Shown one piece after another: positions 61,001-64,000 of a DNA stretch of 64,000 bases (position 1 is the first letter of the stretch; each line of letters begins with the position of its first letter). The notes beneath the pieces are model-generated. The model saw only the letters and a program-made list of their open reading frames with translations, was not told where the DNA came from and did no database searches. Source of the stretch: Lytechinus pictus (lineage: Eukaryota). The stretch lies in contig NC_087251.1 in the NCBI RefSeq assembly GCF_037042905.1, positions 28,646,001 through 28,710,000 on the forward strand, given 5' to 3'. A program made the translations under genes and the position numbers.

Positions 61001-64000
61001 AAGGGGGCACCGAATTGATGTTTGAATCAGGGGGGTGCCGAATAATGTTCGAACTAGGGGGTAGGGGCGTCAAATTGATGTTCAAACTGAGGGGGGAGGG
61101 GCGTCGAATCGATGTTTGAACCAGGGGGCGCCGTATTGACAATCAAACTGCGGGGGGGGGGTAAATTAATGTATATTCATTTATTTATTTTATTTATTTC
61201 AAATCTTTATCCAGAGTAGCCTGTTCAGCCTTATACAAACCAGGGCGCCGCCGAAATTATGTTCAATCTAGGGCGCATCGAATTTATGTTCGAACCAGGG
61301 GGCGCCATTTTTTTGTTTTAACTAGGAGGCACCGAAGTGATGTTCGAACCAGGGGTGCCGAACTGATGTTCAAACTAGGGGGCGCCAAGTTGATGTTCGA
61401 ACTTGGGGGCGCCAAATTAATGATCGAATTAGGGAGCACCGAAGTAATGTTCGAAGTAATGTTCGAACCAGGGGGTGCCGAACTGATATTCGAACCAGGG
61501 GGCGCCGAATCGATGTTCAAACTAGGGGGTGCCAAATTAATGTTCGAATTAGGGGGCACCGAAGTGATGTTCGAACTAGGGGGCGCCGAATCGATGTTCA
61601 AACTAGGGGGTGCAAAATTAATGTTCGAATTAGGTGGCACCGAAGTGATGTTCGAATCAGTGGGCGCCGAACTGATTTTCAAACTAGGGGGCGCCAAAGT
61701 GGTGTTCGAACAAGGAGTGGGGGGGGGGGGGTGGGGCGCCCATTTGATGTTCAAACTTCGGGGCGTCGAATTGATGTTAGAACTAGGGGGTGGATGCCAA
61801 ATTGATGTTCGTTCTAGGGGGTGCCAAATTAATGTTCGAATTAGGGGGCACCGAAGTGATGTTCGAACTAGGGGGTGCCGAACTCTTGTTCAAACTAGGG
61901 GGCGCCAAGTTGATGTTCAAACTAGGGGGCGCCAAAATATAATGTTCGAAATAGGGGGGCACCGAATACTGTTCGGATTAGGAGGGCGTCGAATTGATGT
62001 TCGAATCAGGGGCGCCCATTTGATGTTCAAACTTGGCGGCGTCGAATTGATGTTCGAACTAGGGGGACTCCAAATACGTTTTAAATAGGGGCGCTGAACA
62101 AGAGAGTGCAGAATTGATGTTCGAACTCGGGGGCGCCGAATTGATGTTCGAACCAGGGGATGCCAAATTGAACTGATGTTCAAACTAGGGGGCGCCAAAT
62201 AATGTTCGAAATAGGGGGACGCCAAATAATGTTCGGATTAGGAGGGTGCTGAATTGATTTTCAAACTAGGGGGCGCCAAATTTAGGTTTGTACTAGGGGG
62301 GCACCACATTAATGTTCGTCCTAGGGGGCGCCAAATTAATGTTCGAATTAGGGGGGACCGAAGTCATGTTCGAACCAATGGGCGCCGATTAGATGTTCAA
62401 ACATGGGGCGTCGAATTGGTGTTCGAACTAGGGGGATGCCAAATTGATATTCAAACTGAGGGCGCCAAATTAATGTTCGTCCTAGGGGGAGCCAAATTAA
62501 TGTTCGAATTAGGGGGCACCGAAGTGATGTTCGAACCAGGGGGTGCCGAACTGATGTTCAAACTAGGGGGCGCCAAGTTGATGTTCAAACTAGGGGGCGC
62601 CAAATAATGTTCGAAATAGGGGGACGCCGAATAATGTTCCAACCAGGGGGTGCCGAACTAATGTTCAAACTAGGGGGCGCCAAGTTGATGTTCAAACTAG
62701 GGGGCGCCAAATAATGTTCGAAATAGGGGGACGCCGAATAATGTTCGGATTAGGAGGGCGTCGAATTGATGTTCGAAACAGCGGGCGCCCATTTGATGTT
62801 CAAACTTGGCGGCGTCGAATTGATGTTCGAACTAGGGGGATGCCAAATTGATGTTCAAACTGAGGGCGCCAAATTAATGTTCGTTCTAGGGGGCGCCAAA
62901 TTAATGTTAGAACTAGGGGGATGCCAAATTGATGTTCGAACAAGGGGTGGGGGGGGGAGCCTATTTGATGTTCAAACTTTGGGGCGTCGAATTGATGTTA
63001 GAACTAGGGGGTGGATGCCAAATTGATGTTCAAACTAGGGGGCGCCAAATTTTTGTTTGAACTAGGACAGTGCAGAAATAACGTTCGAACTTTTGGGGCG
63101 CCGTTATGATGTTCAATCTAGAGGGCGTTGAATTGACGTTCGAGGTAGGGGGCGCCAAAAAATAATGTTCGAAATAGGGGGGCGCCGAATACTGTTCGGA
63201 TTAGGAGGTCGACGAATTGATGTTCGAACAAGGGGCGCCCATTTGATGTTAAATTTGGGGGCATCAAATTAATGTTCGAACTAGGGGGATGCCAAATTGA
63301 TGTTCGAACAAGGGGTGGGGGGGGAGCCCATTTGATGTTCAAACTTTGGGGCGTCGAATTGATGTTAGAACTAGGGGGTGGATGCCAAATTGATGTTCAA
63401 ACTAGGGGGCGCCAAATTAATGTTCGTCCTAGGGGTGCCAAATTAATATTCGAATTAGGGGGCACCAAAGTGATGTTTGAACTAGGGGGCGCCGAATCGA
63501 TGTTCGAACCATGGGGGGGGGGGTGCAAAATACGTTTGAACTAGTGGCGCCGGATAATATTCGAACAAAGGGGCGCCGAATACTGTTCGGATTAGGAGGG
63601 CGTCGAATTGATGTTCGAACCAGGGGCGCCCATTTGATATTCAAATTTGGGGACATCAAATTGATGTTCGAACTAGGGGGATACCAAATACTTTTAAAAT
63701 AGGGGCGCTGAACAAGAGAGTGCAGAATTGATGTTCGAACTAGGGGGCGCCGAATTGATGTTCGAACCAGGGGGCGCCCATTTGATGTTCAAACTTGGGG
63801 GCTTCCAATTGATGTTCGAACTAGGGCAATGCCAAATTGATGTTCAAACTGAGGGCACCAAATTAATGTTAGTACTATGGGGCGCCAAGTTAATGTTCGA
63901 ATTAGGGCGCACCGAAGTGATGTTCGAACCAGGGGTGCCGAACTGATGTTCAAACTAGTGGGCGCCAAGTTGATGTTCGAACTAGGGGGCGCCAAATTAA

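Larger units (their letters stand above)
41021..64000 (+). repeat. 27-bp satellite array (consensus GAATTGATGTTCGAACTAGGGGGCGCC), >21 kb, roughly 750-800 monomers, running off the window end, with higher-order structure
   Basis: Continuous head-to-tail monomers in one orientation with variable G-run length. The 9-aa periodicity (LMFELGGAK/E) in the ORF track equals 27 nt. Confidence 0.97.

Noticed and set aside
42248..63995. Dozens of ORFs with MFELGGAKL / NINLAPPSL repeats, up to 240 aa
   Set aside because: They are translations of the 27-bp satellite. Frames switch at every G-run length change, and there is no splice or codon evidence of a gene.
41021..64000. CRISPR-like appearance (short, partly palindromic repeats)
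   Set aside because: Monomers are contiguous with no unique spacers, there are no cas genes, and the context is eukaryotic.

Overview
Eukaryotic (animal) genomic DNA. The repeat landscape suggests a sea urchin or similar invertebrate deuterostome, but that is inference. Bases 82-14710 (+) hold a complete 14-exon SNW1/SKIP splicing-factor gene, 539 aa by my manual splicing, with all introns GT-AG and phases consistent. Its introns carry several non-autonomous DNA transposons, including a Helentron-type element with an internal ~160-bp tandem array. From ~15 to 41 kb I found no intact gene. That stretch is a dense collection of MITEs, foldback elements and tRNA-derived SINEs. It includes an old ~4.15-kb structure (17651-21801) with ~1-kb diverged inverted arms around a decayed, coding-like interior I could not assign, and two young large inverted-repeat structures (32402-35164, 35170-38161). 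From ~41.0 kb to the window end lies a 27-bp satellite (consensus GAATTGATGTTCGAACTAGGGGGCGCC). Its edge carries transposon insertions and its interior has nested higher-order duplications (~0.73, ~1.1, ~3 and ~9 kb), traceable by a small inserted retroposon-like tail. The many 'MFELGGAKL' ORFs are translation artefacts of this satellite. There are no prokaryotic features and no CRISPR array. All coordinates were counted by hand and may be off by a few bases at repeat edges.
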